Positions 37,818-51,295 of a stretch of 64,000 nucleotides of DNA are shown here, in pieces (position 1 is the first letter of the stretch; each line of letters opens with the position of its first letter). Where the stretch lies: assembly GCF_006345805.1 (NCBI RefSeq), contig NC_042999.1:142848001-142912000 (forward strand). Reading direction: 5' to 3'. Both the position numbers and the translations under genes were made by a program. This DNA comes from Octopus sinensis. Lineage: Eukaryota. Below the pieces are notes generated by a model. It did no database searches, was not told the origin of the DNA, and saw only the letters and a program-made list of their open reading frames with translations.

Positions 37818-40305
37818 AAAGGCACTCACGAAGGCCCATAATTGGAAATCCCCCGGTAAAGATAGGGTGCCGAATTTCTGGCTCGCATCACTCCCGTGCG
37901 CACACGGTAAGCTAGTTCAGCTGCTCAATGGAATTTTGAGAGACCCAAAGAAAACACCTGAATGGTTAGCAAGTGGCATTACTTACCTACTCCCAAAGAA
38001 TAACGAAACCAACCTTCCAAAAAACTATCGGCCTATAACCTGTCTATCCACCACGTATAAAATCCTAACATCTATCCTGGCGGAGAAAACATATGCATTC
38101 ATGGAGAAGAACGATATTTTCCCCATTGAACAAAAAGGGTGCCGCCAAGGCTCTTACGGATGCAAAGATCAACTGCTAATCAATCGTATGATCCTTGAGA
38201 ACTGTCACAACAAGCGCAGAAATCTCAGCACCGCATGGATTGACTATAAAAAGGCCTTCGACAGTATACCGCATCCATGGATCTTGAGATCGCTGGACAT
38301 CTTTAAAATTTCCCCTGTGATTTCAAACTTCCTGAAGCACAATATGTCGTTGTGGAATACGAATCTCCAATTATACCACTCTAATGGAGTACTTGCCTCA
38401 GAAAATATAAACATCAACTGTGGAATTTTTCAAGGTGACTCACTTTCACCTTTAATATTCTGCATAGCCCCAATACCCCTTACAAGTGAATTAAACAGAA
38501 CAGGGTATGGGTATAAAATTGCCAATAAAAAAATAAGCCATCTATTTTATATGGATGACTTAAAACTTTATGGTAAAGACAATAATGAACTTGAAGGCCT
38601 ATTGCGCACCGTGAAAGCATTCAGCGATGACATCGGGATGGAGTTTGGACTTGAGAAGTGTGCCAAGGCCACTTTCCAGAAAGGGAAAGTGAAGACCACA
38701 AATTCAGTCGTGTTAGATGTTGACACAGTCATAAGAGAGCTTGAGCAAGAACAGACATACAAATATTTAGGGATAAATGAAGGCTCTGGTATTCAGCATG
38801 CAAGCATGAAAGAGAAAATCAGGAAGGAATGTTATAGGAGAGTTCGTGCAGTCCTGAAATCTGAACTAAATGCACGTAACAAGGTGTTAGCTATAAATTC
38901 CTTAGCAGTTCCAGTTGTTACTTATAGCTACAATGTGTTGAACTGGAATATGAGTGAAGTAAAGAATATAGATAGAAAATATGCAAGCTGCTGAGTTGTA
39001 ATAGAATGCACCACCCAAAGGCAGACGTAGATCGCCTTTACCTTCCCAGAGCCCAAGGAGGTCGAGGCCTGATCCAATTTGAACTAGCTTACAAAACAAC
39101 CACAATTGGACTGGCCAAATATCTCGAAATATCGAATGACTGGATGCTAAAGCTCGTGGAAAATCACGAGAGACGAAAGAAGCTTCATTCTATCATCAAG
39201 GAAAGCAAAAAATTTGCTATTGATCTCGTGCAAGATACCCAAACTGAACAACCCGAGGGAAGTACGGCAACTATTGTTGCAAAGAAGGTGAAAATGATGG
39301 CAATGAAAAAAGCGCACGAGCAATTGGCTGATAGGTGGGAGGAGAAACCTCTGCACGGCAAATATGTGACCCGCAGCAAACAAGCTGATGTTGACCAGAA
39401 GCAAACCCATCAGTGGCTGCGGAGCTCAGGGCTAAAAGCAGAGAGCGAAGGTTTCATCCTGGCTGCTCAAGACCAAAGCCTATTAACCCGGAACTACCAG
39501 GCCAATGTGATGAAAAATGGAGCAGACCCAAAATGCCGATTCTGCAACGACATGATTGAAACAGTGGACCACCTAATCTCTGGATGTAAAGTCTTAGCAC
39601 CAGTGGAGTATAAATTAAGACATGACAGAGTTGGCCAATATCTACACTGGCTAATAAGTCGGCATTACAATATCAAAACTGCTGACAAGTGGTATAATCA
39701 CCACCCTGAGGCTGTAACTGAAGGAGAAAATGTAACCATTCTGTGGGACTTTCCAGTACATACAGACCAAACCATCAAGGCCAATAAACCAGATATTGTT
39801 GTGAAAGACCAAAACAATAAAGTTTGCTTATTGATCGACATGAGCATCCCCTGTGATCATAATATCTCAGCGAAAGAGTTTGACAAGCTCAGAAAATATA
39901 AAGACCTACTCATTGAAATTGAGAAAATGTGGCATCTCAAGGCGGTTACAATACCAGTGATCGTAGGAGCACTAGGAATGATCAAGAAGGGAACCGAAAA
40001 TTATATGAGAATGATCCCTGGCTTACCATCCCTGCAAGAAGTGCAAAAGATTGTCTTAACTGGTACATCACACGTATTGAGAAGAGCATTGTCGATGTGA
40101 GAACTGTTGCTGCTCATGTATTTTAATTTAACTTTAAAAAAAAAAAAAAAAAAAATGAACGAACTACTGAGTTTGGTTTAATGGCCTACCAATATACACT
40201 ATGAGTTTCTTTGCCCTAGGAGTCGGGAAGACACTCGGCAAGAAATGGAAGAAAATTTGAAAGAAGAAAAAAAAAAGTAATAATAATAATAATAATAATA
40301 ATAAT
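37818..40305 (+). mobile_element. 5'-truncated young R4/Dong-like LINE, copy 2, with (TAA)n tail
   Basis: NWKSPG, NYRPITCL, WIDYKKAFDSI, GIFQGDSLSPL, YMDDLKLY, CRFC...HLISGC and RLE motif KPDIVVKD...LLIDMSIP; one 1-nt frameshift near 38975; (TAA)n at 40278-40305. Confidence 0.92.
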
Positions 40306-40875
40306 CCAGTGGTTCTTATTATCAGTCAATTCTCTTTATTTCTTGAATAAGCCAATGACAGATACAAGATATTACAGAGGAAATTATGACACTATTCTGA
40401 ATATTCTTGTCTAAGGCTTAAAATTTATGTGCGTGAAATTTACTGAAAGTTTATAAATTTATAAACCTACCAACCAAACTAATGACATGGATTACTTTGC
40501 AATTATTCTTAGTAAACTACATATATTCACTCTTATATTTTGTGGTAATTCACGATGCTAAGGATGGGGACCTACTTCAATAATGATGATCCTTGTGCAT
40601 TTTATCAAGTCTTACCTGAATGAGAAAATATCTTTCCCTCATAAAAGTGAATATGGACCATAAAACTTGACAGAAGACAAGGGATTGAACTTGTGTTTTG
40701 TTCCTTTTCCAGAACAAATACTAGGATTTGATGCTTGCAAGAGTAAAAATAACTCATTCCTTCTTTTAAATCTATATTTATCTCAATAGTTTTATTGATA
40801 TAGTATAGTTTCATATTATTGTACATGTGACCCCTCCCCGACTTTTTTCTTTGGAATTGTAAATACCAAATACCT

Positions 40876-41107
40876 ATTTCTTTACTACCCACAAGGGGCT
40901 AAACATGGGGGAGAAAAACAAGGACAGAAAAACGGATTAAGTCAATTACATTGACTCCAGTGCATAACTGGTACTTAATTCATCGACCCCGAAAGGATGA
41001 AAGGCAAAGTCAACCTTGGCAGAATTTGAACTCAGAATGTAACGGCAGACGAAATACGGCTACGCATTTCACCCGGCGTGCTAACATTTCTGCCAGCTCG
41101 CCGCCTT
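40876..41107 (-). mobile_element. SINE whose 3' tail resembles the Tx1-like LINE 3' end
   Basis: Head aaggcggcgagctggcagaa; core ggttgactttgcctttcatcctttcggggtcgat; tail tgtttagccccttgtgggtagtaaagaaat. Confidence 0.75.
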
Positions 41108-41739
41108 CGAAATTCCATCAAGGTAAATTAACAGTTATAAACATAGGCCAAACCTGGCTGTGTGGGTAAGAAGTTTGTTTCACAACCACATGGTTTTTGT
41201 TTCAATCTCTCTGCACAGCACCTTGGGCAAGTATCTTCTACCTTGTAGTAAATTTGAATGATGGAAACAATATGGAAGCCCGTCATATATACGTGTATGT
41301 GTATATGTGCATGTATGCATATGTGTGTATGTGTGCATGTTTGTGTTGTCTCCCCACCACTTGATAACAGGTGTTGGTTTGTTTACATCCTTGCAACTTG
41401 GTTTGGCAAAAGAGACTGATAGAATAATACTAGACTTAAAATAAATATTAAGGGTTGATTTGCTCAACTAAAAACACTTCAAGATGATGCCCCAGTATGA
41501 CCACAGTCCAATGACTAAGGTAAAGGAATAAAAGAATAAGGTTAATAAGAATAAGTGGGTCAATAAATCAAGGACTTTTTAATGTCAAGAGCATTGGACA
41601 TGGATGGAAGACAATTCTAATAACTATTTTCCTTCTCATAAAATATTCATTAATTATACAATTAGTTTCTCTTCTGCAAGATATTAATTTATATTAATAG
41701 TTGTAATACAACGAAACACATATTATCATTATTATTTAT

Positions 41740-41902
41740 TCACTTCATTTTGTTTATACGAAGCAATGTTATGTATGCAATAACCAAAGAGACTATAATC
41801 ATAAAGAAGAAACCAAGAAGATTATGCCAGAGATCCCATGGTTCACTGTACTCAATACTCTGCTCTTCAAGGTAGTCATTGCCTCTTATGACACTTACAT
41901 TA
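41740..41902 (-). CDS. ABCG2: ABCG2-like transporter, terminal exon
   Basis: ttcag| acceptor; translates NVSVIRGNDYLEEQSIEYSEPWDLWHNLLGFFFMIIVSLVIAYITLLRINKMK* (ABCG2 GxxYL...WxLWxN...IAY); AATAAA overlaps the TGA stop. Confidence 0.9.
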
Positions 41903-42457
41903 CTGAAATAGTCCAAAAAGATAAATAAGGTTACATCACATGATGGCAGCAATCATTAATGATTTAGAGACAAGTAAGGATGTTGATGAGTGGAGGTTGT
42001 GATAATGTTACATTAATCAGTATTGGCAAGTCGACAGAGATGTTAAACAGATGGTGGTGGTAGAGAATAGCAGTTGTAGATGATGTAGTTAGTGACAGTA
42101 ATAACTTCAAGAAATAGCAGCTAAATCACCCTCAACTGTATTTAAAAAATAGAGAAAGACATAAATGTAGTCCTAAGCACACTGTTCAATAAATAAGGGA
42201 TGGCTATGGCTAAAATTCTGTTGATTGACATGTCTTTTCAACTAGGAATGACTTGAGAGTAAACAGCAACACTAATAAAAATGGCATTTGTGATAATGAA
42301 AGTAACAAAAGGAAATACACTAAAACAATCATGAAATTGATGAGAAAAAGTAAAACATCAACAAGCATCCAACAAGGGTAGCATTCACCTAAAAGTCAAG
42401 CAAGAATACATTTTATATTTAAAAAGAGAAAGAAAACCAATGCATGAATTAACTTAC

Positions 42458-42522
42458 CAATTTTTGACTCCTTGGATAATGGGACAGAAGGTCATGCCCT
42501 TTAGTTCATTGATTGATAGTAG
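42458..42522 (-). CDS. ABCG2: ABCG2-like exon
   Basis: Translates LLSINELKGMTFCPIIQGVKN(C) (NEFxGxxFCP motif); AG/GT boundaries; phase 0 to phase 2. Confidence 0.88.
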
Positions 42523-43197
42523 CTGAAATGATAAATGACGAGTTGTCGAAATATGTAGCAGAAAGGCTTATGGTCAAACAAGAGATAATTTGAATGATGG
42601 ATAACTGGGCTGTTGCCATTTGTAGAATTGAGGCATTGTTTAAAACATACATAAATGCTCGTATACATATCCCTTGACATACAAACATACATGTACAGAT
42701 ACACTATTCATTTATGACAAGGAATAGTTTTTACAAACACTGGCAGATAATAATGAGCACAATAAATGCATCAGGGATACTTATATTGTTTTTACACACA
42801 CACACACACATGCATACACACAGGTAAAAAGACATATCCACATCTAATTACTTAAGACAAATTTTAAAGATTTTTCTCTTTATGTAGTGTATTTAAGGAA
42901 ATTCATTTTGATAAAACCCATTTCTTTTCAAGTTACATCTGTAGTAGAATTTTAAGCTGAGTTCCTTCTTCCTACAGAAGTGAACTGTATCTCACCATGG
43001 TACTTGTTTACTGTTAACATAAAAACCATAGCCTCTAGATCAGAAGGCTGAAGTAAAACATTAAACAAAGTGCTTATACAAAAGCCACACTCCTTTGAAT
43101 TTATCATATGTTTTGGATTCAGTCTTGACCTGATGATGTATTGCAAGTTACTTTTTGTAAATATTGTGTACACCATCACTCATTGTAGCATTTAAAT

Positions 43198-43515
43198 CAG
43201 TGGTTCTCAACTGGGGTCCACATGGCCCCTGAGAGTCCATATAAGATTTTGGGGGGTTCACAATAATATTTTAAGGGGCCCTGAAAAAAATTTTGCTTTA
43301 GATGTATTTATTGGTATGTATTGCAAGAAACAGCTTGGCTTCTAACATTTTACATAGTTCAACCTATACAAGGGAATGCGTGAAAAAAACTGAAGAAGAA
43401 TTTTGAAAGATGTTTCTATAAAACTAGTTTTTAAATATTGAATGGCTATGGGGGTCCACCAGAATAAAGTAGTAATTAAAGGGGTCCATAGATAAAAACT
43501 GGTTGAGAAACCCTG
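43198..43515. mobile_element. hAT-type MITE
   Basis: TIRs cagtggttctcaac / ggttgagaaaccctg with a perfect 8-bp TSD ATTTAAAT on both sides. Confidence 0.9.
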
Positions 43516-44041
43516 ATTTAAATAAACACTTTAGACCAAGTCACAGAACCATAGACATCACAGCAATGTGTTTCTGTGATCTATGACCAAGACTAATAGG
43601 CCAATATATGCAGCATCTAATGAAAATTAAAATTACAGCTGATAAAGAACTTTACACACATGGAAGGCTTATATACAAATGAGACTGTGCATCATCATAG
43701 GCATGTTTATTTTGTAGCAGAATCAAATTTTATTTAAAATGTGTTTTCAGGTGTAACATCATTAAATTAAGTGAATTCTGTTTAAGCAATTGTATTTGTT
43801 TTTGTGCTGGATATAATCAGTATATATTTGTTTACAACACCAATTTCTGTACAGACTGCATAGTGACATCCCATACTACATACTCAATTATTTGCTTGTA
43901 TCTGAACATGTTAAAGCATGCTGCAAATTTCAAGCCTAAAGCAAAGTTTGATAGGCAAACCACATATGTTTGTTTGCTTTCTTTAAGTAAAGGCTGTGAC
44001 ATATCTATAAGTATATATGATAATAAAAGTATTAAACTTAC

Positions 44042-44131
44042 AACAGTTCCATAACGGGTAAGACTTAAATATTTGATCCATTGGAAATGTTTGGGTAAAG
44101 AATCTATATGCACAAGGAATCCACTAAAAAG
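44042..44131 (-). CDS. ABCG2: ABCG2-like exon
   Basis: Translates LFSGFLVHIDSLPKHFQWIKYLSLTRYGTV; 90 nt, phase 0. Confidence 0.92.
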
Positions 44132-44841
44132 CTGCATGAACATAAACAGATTATAAAGTTTAAAACAATTACAACAGCAACAACTTCAACAATAATAATA
44201 CATCAAAATAACATAGTAGCATATATGTTGGTGATTCAAACATTTTATTCAGTTATTAAATTTCCTTTGATTAATAAACTAATTGATATATTGATTTTTT
44301 TCCATAACTTTGACATACATATTCAAAATCTCATACGGAGCAGACATATGCACACTGATAAACCAATTGAGCAGAAAAGTTAAAAAAAAAAAAATGTGAG
44401 GGAATATCAAATGTTAATTATTCTCCAATTAATTGCCTCATCCAAAATGTTAGATATTATTCTCAGTTTCCTTTGTAGTTGTTCTCCTCACACCACACTA
44501 ACATATTTTGCATTTTGTTTTTTACTGAACCAAATCTGGCTGATACAGACTATTGATCTTGCACAATTAAATTTATAATAAATTAATTGGATAACTTCAG
44601 CATTTTTAATTTGTCTATATAATTTATGTTTCACAAATGAAATATTCCTTACTTTCTCGACATGCAAACTTTATTTTTGTATGGAAGAAAAGTTATAGCT
44701 ACTTGATTCCACCCTGTATATATCATTGATGATTATTTTATTGACAACTGACAACATAATGCAAAAAAAAAAAAAGAAAAACTACATGGTGCAGTTTTCT
44801 CTCATAGTCATAAATAGCATAATAATTCAGAGAAAACTTAC

Positions 44842-44996
44842 CATCATAAAAACGAAAACGAGACCAATAAGAGTGTTTGCAACTGCAAAAGCACTCACAC
44901 CAGAGCTTATAGCAAAGGAAACACAGGAAGCTGTTATTGTGGTGAAAAAGACAGTTATGTAATATACGAAAAAGTGGTTTACATCTTTCTTGAATC
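44842..44996 (-). CDS. ABCG2: ABCG2-like exon
   Basis: Translates (G)FKKDVNHFFVYYITVFFTTITASCVSFAISSGVSAFAVANTLIGLVFVFMM; phase 1 to phase 0. Confidence 0.92.
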
Positions 44997-45706
44997 CTGT
45001 TAAATGGAGAAAAATAAAATAGGTTGGAAGATAAACAGAATCAATTGTCATACAGTTTAAATAATGTAAACCAAAGTAGTTGGCTGCTAAATTTCACAAA
45101 CTATCAATTCTCTCCAACTGATAATAAAATTTAGGAAACTCATTTGTATTTCTAAGATGGTTTATAATTAAAATCTCACACAGTTTAAATGACACCACTG
45201 GGTAAGCAGATCAAATACTAATACTATAGGCTGAATGGTTGACAGCTCTATCTCAGCATTGACACTCCATCTGCCTCCTTTATTTATCTCACAATCTCAG
45301 TAAAGTAGTGGACAACCCACTTAAAGGTCAGCATTTCCTGTCAGTGTCAGTGCCCAAGACACTCAAACGACTTTAGTATATCCAGTTGTAATTAGATACC
45401 ATAAAATAGGGATAAAAAGCCACATTAAACAGCAGTAATGTGAAATTGACCAGTGAAGTTGCCAAATTCACAACTTGTCATAGTGGCAGAAAAAATTCAT
45501 AAGAACTACTTAATTGTAATGTTACTTTGAATTCCAACATGAAGATTCTCTTCATGTAGGACACTCTAATAAAAAGATTCTCTTCATGCATCAAATATTC
45601 TATGACTTGCTATTACATTGGCAAAAAGAGATATTTCAATGGAGACTTAATGTATTAGTATATCAAATGCAACTAACAGTTTGAAGTTAACAGAATCATT
45701 TCTTAC

Positions 45707-45831
45707 CAATCATCAAGTATGTAATGATACAAAATATTGTAACTGGAAGAATTCGCATGGGTACAATGTCACATGTTACTTTGGCCAAGAAATAGGATGA
45801 ACAACGATAGAAACCACGGGAATTCTCACGA
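45707..45831 (-). CDS. ABCG2: ABCG2-like exon
   Basis: Translates RENSRGFYRCSSYFLAKVTCDIVPMRILPVTIFCIITYLMI(G) (ABCG2 GYYRVSSYFLGK...PMR motif). Confidence 0.95.
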
Positions 45832-45940
45832 CTAAAATCAAGCATAACAGAAATCAAAACTGATCAGTGGAAATTTATTAAAAAGTTTGCGAATTACTTT
45901 AGCATATATTCTCCCACAGTCTCTGTAGGCTACACTACAT

Positions 45941-46059
45941 TAAGATTAGGATTGGGTTTAGGGTTAGGGTTAAGGTCTAAGGTTAGGGTTAGTAAGAGTT
46001 CTGGTTAAGATTAGAGTAAGGGTTAGATTTAGGATTAAGGCTAGAGTTAGGGTTAGGGG
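45941..46059 (+). repeat. Degenerate (TTAGGG)n-like interstitial tract
   Basis: ttagggttagggttaagg...gttagggttagggg. Confidence 0.8.
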
Positions 46060-47758
46060 CAGACTGCATACTATAATGTAAACGGCCAGCTAGATTGCAC
46101 ACAAAAATGGCACCTAAATCTGTTTTTTTTATATTTATGATATCTAAAAATAATAATAAAATGGGGTTTATTATAAAAAGAAAAATTAACAGAAAATATC
46201 TCCTATCTTCATTATTTTTACTAGCAGAAATACTGCCTGCAGATTATGTGAGTATCTGCCAATATATGTATAAAACTTGAAATAGAAAATTTCTTAAGTA
46301 ATTTAGATATAATAAATAGATATAGTGTAAACATTTTCACTAATATTCTCAAAGTATCTCATAGAAAAACTTTGTAATGATTTTTAATGGAAACAATTGA
46401 ATAAAAGTAGAGAGCAAAATAGAGAAAAAGGCAACACTGCAAAGAAAGTAAAAGTGACAGAGTATGCCAGAGAAAAAGGTAAAGTATTAATAACTGGGGA
46501 AAGGGTTACAAACAAAGAGAGAGAGAGACTGAAAGGAGAAAGACTGAAAAATCAATGAATATATGAGTAAGAGAGAAAAATTTATAAGGGCAGAGAAATA
46601 GAAAAACTAACTAGGATAGCTGAGAATAAACAAAGAGATGGAAAGAGAGACAAGTGACAGAAACAGACAGTATTGCAAGGAAACAGTAGAAGAAAAGGGA
46701 TACAAAAGTAAGACATTAAAAAATGCTGTCATACAGAAGAAAAATTAGATTTCTGATTGAAACGAGTAGTTAAAATATACTCAAATTATAATCTATAGGA
46801 ATTTTAAAGATAGTATAGACTTTAATAATTACTTTCTTATAATAAATGTTAGATACTTTAAACTAATTAATAAACAGCTCTCTTTATTATTGTATAAATT
46901 TTCCAAAAATTTTGAGTGACTGATTTATTGGAATTATCTTACTTGTATGTTGAGAGGGAAGTTTCTTCAACTTATTGTACAAATAAAGTTAATTAACAAA
47001 TACAGTTACAAAATAAAGTTAATTAATAAATTCATAAAACATTATCATCATCGTCTCCTAATCATCACCATCATCAAATGTCCATTTTCCATGCTAGCAT
47101 TGGTTGGACAGTTTGACAAGATCTGACAAGCTGTAAGACTTCATCAAGCTCTATGTTAGCTTTTGTATAGTTTCTATAGCTGGATGCCCTTCCTAATACC
47201 AACAACTTTACAGTGTACTGGTTACTTTTTTTTTTTTTTGGTACTAGCACTGGTGAAGTCACCAAGTAACTTGCAAGACAAAAGAATGAAAGGGAAAAGC
47301 CTCCTTGACTGAGTGAAAAGATGTATTTGAGAGAAAGGAAGATGATTTTATGTCAGATGTTGAGAGGCTAAAGTATGATGGAGGGACAATCTCAGGCATC
47401 TTGCTACAGAGGATATACAGGGTCTTGCAGATAAATTGAGACAATTTTTACAATGCATAAAACTGGTTATAAATACTAAAATAACAGTAGTAAATAGATA
47501 TAATTTTAATCTAATACTAGTCTACCTGTGACCCACTGGGTCACCTGGAAAGTCTGAGTTTCCCAGCAACAGAATTTTATTTTGTGGGTTTTTTTTCTTT
47601 TCCAGGTTATTCCGCACACTTTCAACATAACATTGAAATCATGCGTAAACGACTCCTTTCCCTGGAAAAGGAAAGATTTGGCTGCTATTTTTTGCATACC
47701 CTGCTACCACATAATAGGTATTTCAGGTCCTTTATCACACATAGTTGTTACATGATAG

Positions 47759-49300
47759 CAGGGCGTTCTAGAAATACCAGCCAAATTTTTGGAGGTGAAA
47801 TACATTGAATGCACTTGAAAAAACCTATGGGAAAAAAATTATTTCACACTGAGGTTATGAACGGGTCTTTTACGAAATATTTACCATATTTTAAAAGTCA
47901 TTTTCACTTTAAAATATTTTTTAAATATGCCAAAACAAATTTTTGTATTGGTATTTACTTGAAAATAATTTAAAAAAAACATAAAAATATTGTCTGTTTA
48001 AAGAAAGCTAAAATATAAATACTTACTGTACAAACAACTTGCATTTTTGAAATCACATTCACTTAAAAATATTTGTAAATATTTGTAAATGATTAAAATT
48101 TTGCGTACATCAAAAAGTCTACTTTTTTTGTTGTTAGAGAGTGAGAGACAGTGCGATGACTATGTGTGTGTATATGTCACAGATAGCATACGTGTGTTTG
48201 TGTTGAGTCACATGCCATGACTTCATTATATGTGTGTGTATTCTGTATGTGTGTATGTGTGTTGACATCACAGAAGCCATGAATTTTTTTGTCAAGAAAT
48301 AACAAACAAAAATTGTGTTTAATCATTTTCATTAATAAATAGAGGTTCAAAATATCACAAAACTTCATACTGCCCTGCACAAAGTAAGTATGAAAATACA
48401 TATGTAAAAAAAAAATTAAAATAAAATATACTATTTCTGAGATATTTTGGGAACAAACAAACATCTTCTAGAGTATTATTAATATTTATTACAACAAAAA
48501 CATTTATCACTCAATATGGCTGCTCTTCTAGACAAATACTGCCTCCACTTGAGAACGAAATTTTTTTGCAGCTGCTGCAACCGCCACCGTTTTGATTTTG
48601 AATGACACACGCATGATGCAGGTTTCCAAACCATTGACATTTGAGTATGGTGAAGCATTGGTCTTTGCTTGAAGTATGCCCCATAAAAAGTAATCGAGAA
48701 AGTTGACATCTGGGCCAGATGTTGGCCCTCACAAAAAATGGCACCTTCTCACCAAGGAAAGCTCATGTTGGTTTTGACCCATGGCATGGTGTAGAATCCT
48801 GGATAAGCACTACATTGTCAAGCCCAAACTTCTGCTTCATCCAAGGTAACAGGGAGTTCTTTGGGATGTCCAGATACTCCTTTGTGCTGATCTTCAAACC
48901 AGACTCAATGAAGTGTGGATCCATGACACTTCCATCACTCTCTATGGCTCCAAATACCAATACAGAGGCAGGCTTCTTAGTCTCAAACACAGAGTGGGGA
49001 CATCAGAAGGGTTGTATGCAATCTTGAGAATTTCTGAGATTCACCTCAGTGTCCACAGTGAACTTCCCATCCACAAACACGAGAGCTTTTCCTTCACTTT
49101 GAAGCTTGATGAATAACAGAAGCGTTGGGCATTTCTTGGCTCTGTTTGCTTTAGCCTTGGCTGTTATGAGATGACGGCATTGTCAAACATAGCTAGTCAT
49201 GCCAAGGTTCCTGTTCACAAATCTAGACACCATGGAAAGGGACACATTGCATTTCTTTACAAGAGTTGTCATGGATGTGGTTGCATTGGCTTCAATCAAG
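47759..49300 (-). mobile_element. Decayed Tc1/mariner (maT-like) transposon
   Basis: KPASVLVFGAIESDG...IQDSTPCHGSK and ...IWP remnants of the DDD catalytic domain; boundaries approximate. Confidence 0.7.
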
Positions 49301-51205
49301 CATTTGAGATCAGCAAGAAACTTTGGATTGCACTTGGAATCACTTTGAGTCTTGTGATCTTTTCTATCAATCTTTCCCTCTTCTTAAAATTGTTTATACA
49401 TACAATAACTTGTATGTTTTGACAAAAGTTTTGACAAAGCAAAAGTTTTGACAAGACTTTTGGAAGTTTGGTCAACATAAAGAATTTTATTGGCAGTGTG
49501 CTCAGCACATGCCAAAACAACAATGGTAGAATGATTCTGTTGCTTCATGACTTTCTGTTGTCGAATCAGTTTGCTATTTACCTGAAAAATAAAGAGGAGG
49601 ATTAGATTTTCAAGCAAGCAAGGTTTTTAAAAAAATGAAATGTTAAACCCACTAAGTCAACTTCGATGGTAGTGATGAGACACCAGAACATCTGAAAGCA
49701 ACAAGAAAGTGTGTATAAGAGAAAATATGAATAGTGTACTAAGAGGAGGAAGGGAGCAATTTCCTAAGCGTGTCAGAAGAGAGTAACAGATGGTTAAAGA
49801 TGGGAAAAGAGGTGAACGTCATCAATGATGTGAATGTTTGGTTGATGAGAAATATTGCTTTGGAGGGGGTGACAAAGGTGAGACAAGAGAGATAAATGTG
49901 GTTCAGGGGGTAGGATAGCTGAGAAAGTGGAAGGATGATGTGCAAGATGATGTACAATGATAGAGATGGCAGTCAGAAGTATATAGGGATGGCTATAAGC
50001 GGTGGTGTGACAATGATGGTGGATATGAGATGGCACAGAGAATGTAGATATGAGATTCTATCTTATGTGCATCTAGTATGCAGAATACATGCCTGAGGTA
50101 TTTTCCCTAGCCATATTTTACAAAAATTTAGGCCTAACAGATAGTTACTACTGACACTGCTGCTGTTGCTATTTTTGAGCAAGGTTTCTCAAGGATATTT
50201 CAGAAAAAACCCAAGGCAGCATGTACTAATTAATGAAAGTATGAATCATGCTTCCCTTAACTGCTTTAGGGGCTCATGTAGTTGCAAGTAGACACAGGCT
50301 CCCTCTCAGTTTTTCGATACTTGAAGAAGTAGAATATGCTGGAGGTGACAGCCAGAGAGGGAAGGACTGCACCAGTACTGGACTAGTACTTTAAGGAGCC
50401 TGAAAGAACGAAAGACAATGCATTTTATCCAAGATTCTAATGGATTCTAATGATTTTGCCAATCAAATGCCTTTACATGTGCATGCAAATACATACATAT
50501 AAATATATAAATAAATTTTTCATTTATTCATTAGGAAGGATATTCAGCCATAGAAACCATGCCAGACTAGATAGTTGAGCCTGACATCTCCTGTCAAACC
50601 TATGCCAGCATGGGAAACAAGCATCAAATGATAATGATACGCATGCACGCACGCACACACGCACACACATACACTGTAGCATATATTTTCATGATACAGT
50701 CATAACCTAGTGACATAATATGCAGAACATTATGGTAAAGCACACATTAGATAATTATAATCTCTGTGTTCTACACGTAAAACATCGTTCAACATTATAT
50801 AAATGCTGCATTCTATTGTTGCATAACAATATTGATATATATATAGTGTAGAACATATAAAAGAGAAAGAAGCTGTGTAGAAGATTCATTTGCTTGCAGT
50901 GTTGAGTTCACTTTATTCTGTGAACCTGGAGAAGGTAAGAGCAAACAATGCCAGTTGTAATCTTCCATAGAACTACTCAAAGATCAGTTCTTCAGATGTG
51001 GCAGGTAACTATCAATATTACTAAACTCTTTGATGATGATGTTTGTTGTAGTGCAGAGAGCGACAATACAAGTGATGCAGCGTGTAATAATAGAATAACC
51101 TGGATAAAAATTTCTACTAAAAAGACATCCTCTGATAGGAAGCATAGAGATAAACAATGAAATGGGTGTTACTATGGAAACAAAGAATATTTCTGTAATA
51201 CTTAC

Positions 51206-51295
51206 ACGAAAAGTACGCGTTCTTTAAGAAAGAGATCAAGTGCAGACAAGCTGGAGAACATTTGATTCACAATAATGAAGAAGATGACACCATTC
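51206..51295 (-). CDS. ABCG2: ABCG2-like exon
   Basis: Translates (R)NGVIFFIIVNQMFSSLSALDLFLKERVLF(V); phase 2 to phase 2. Confidence 0.93.

Noticed and set aside
43549-43585. Tiny inverted repeat catagacatcacag...ctgtgatctatg
   Set aside because: Too short to interpret; probably a miniature transposon footprint.
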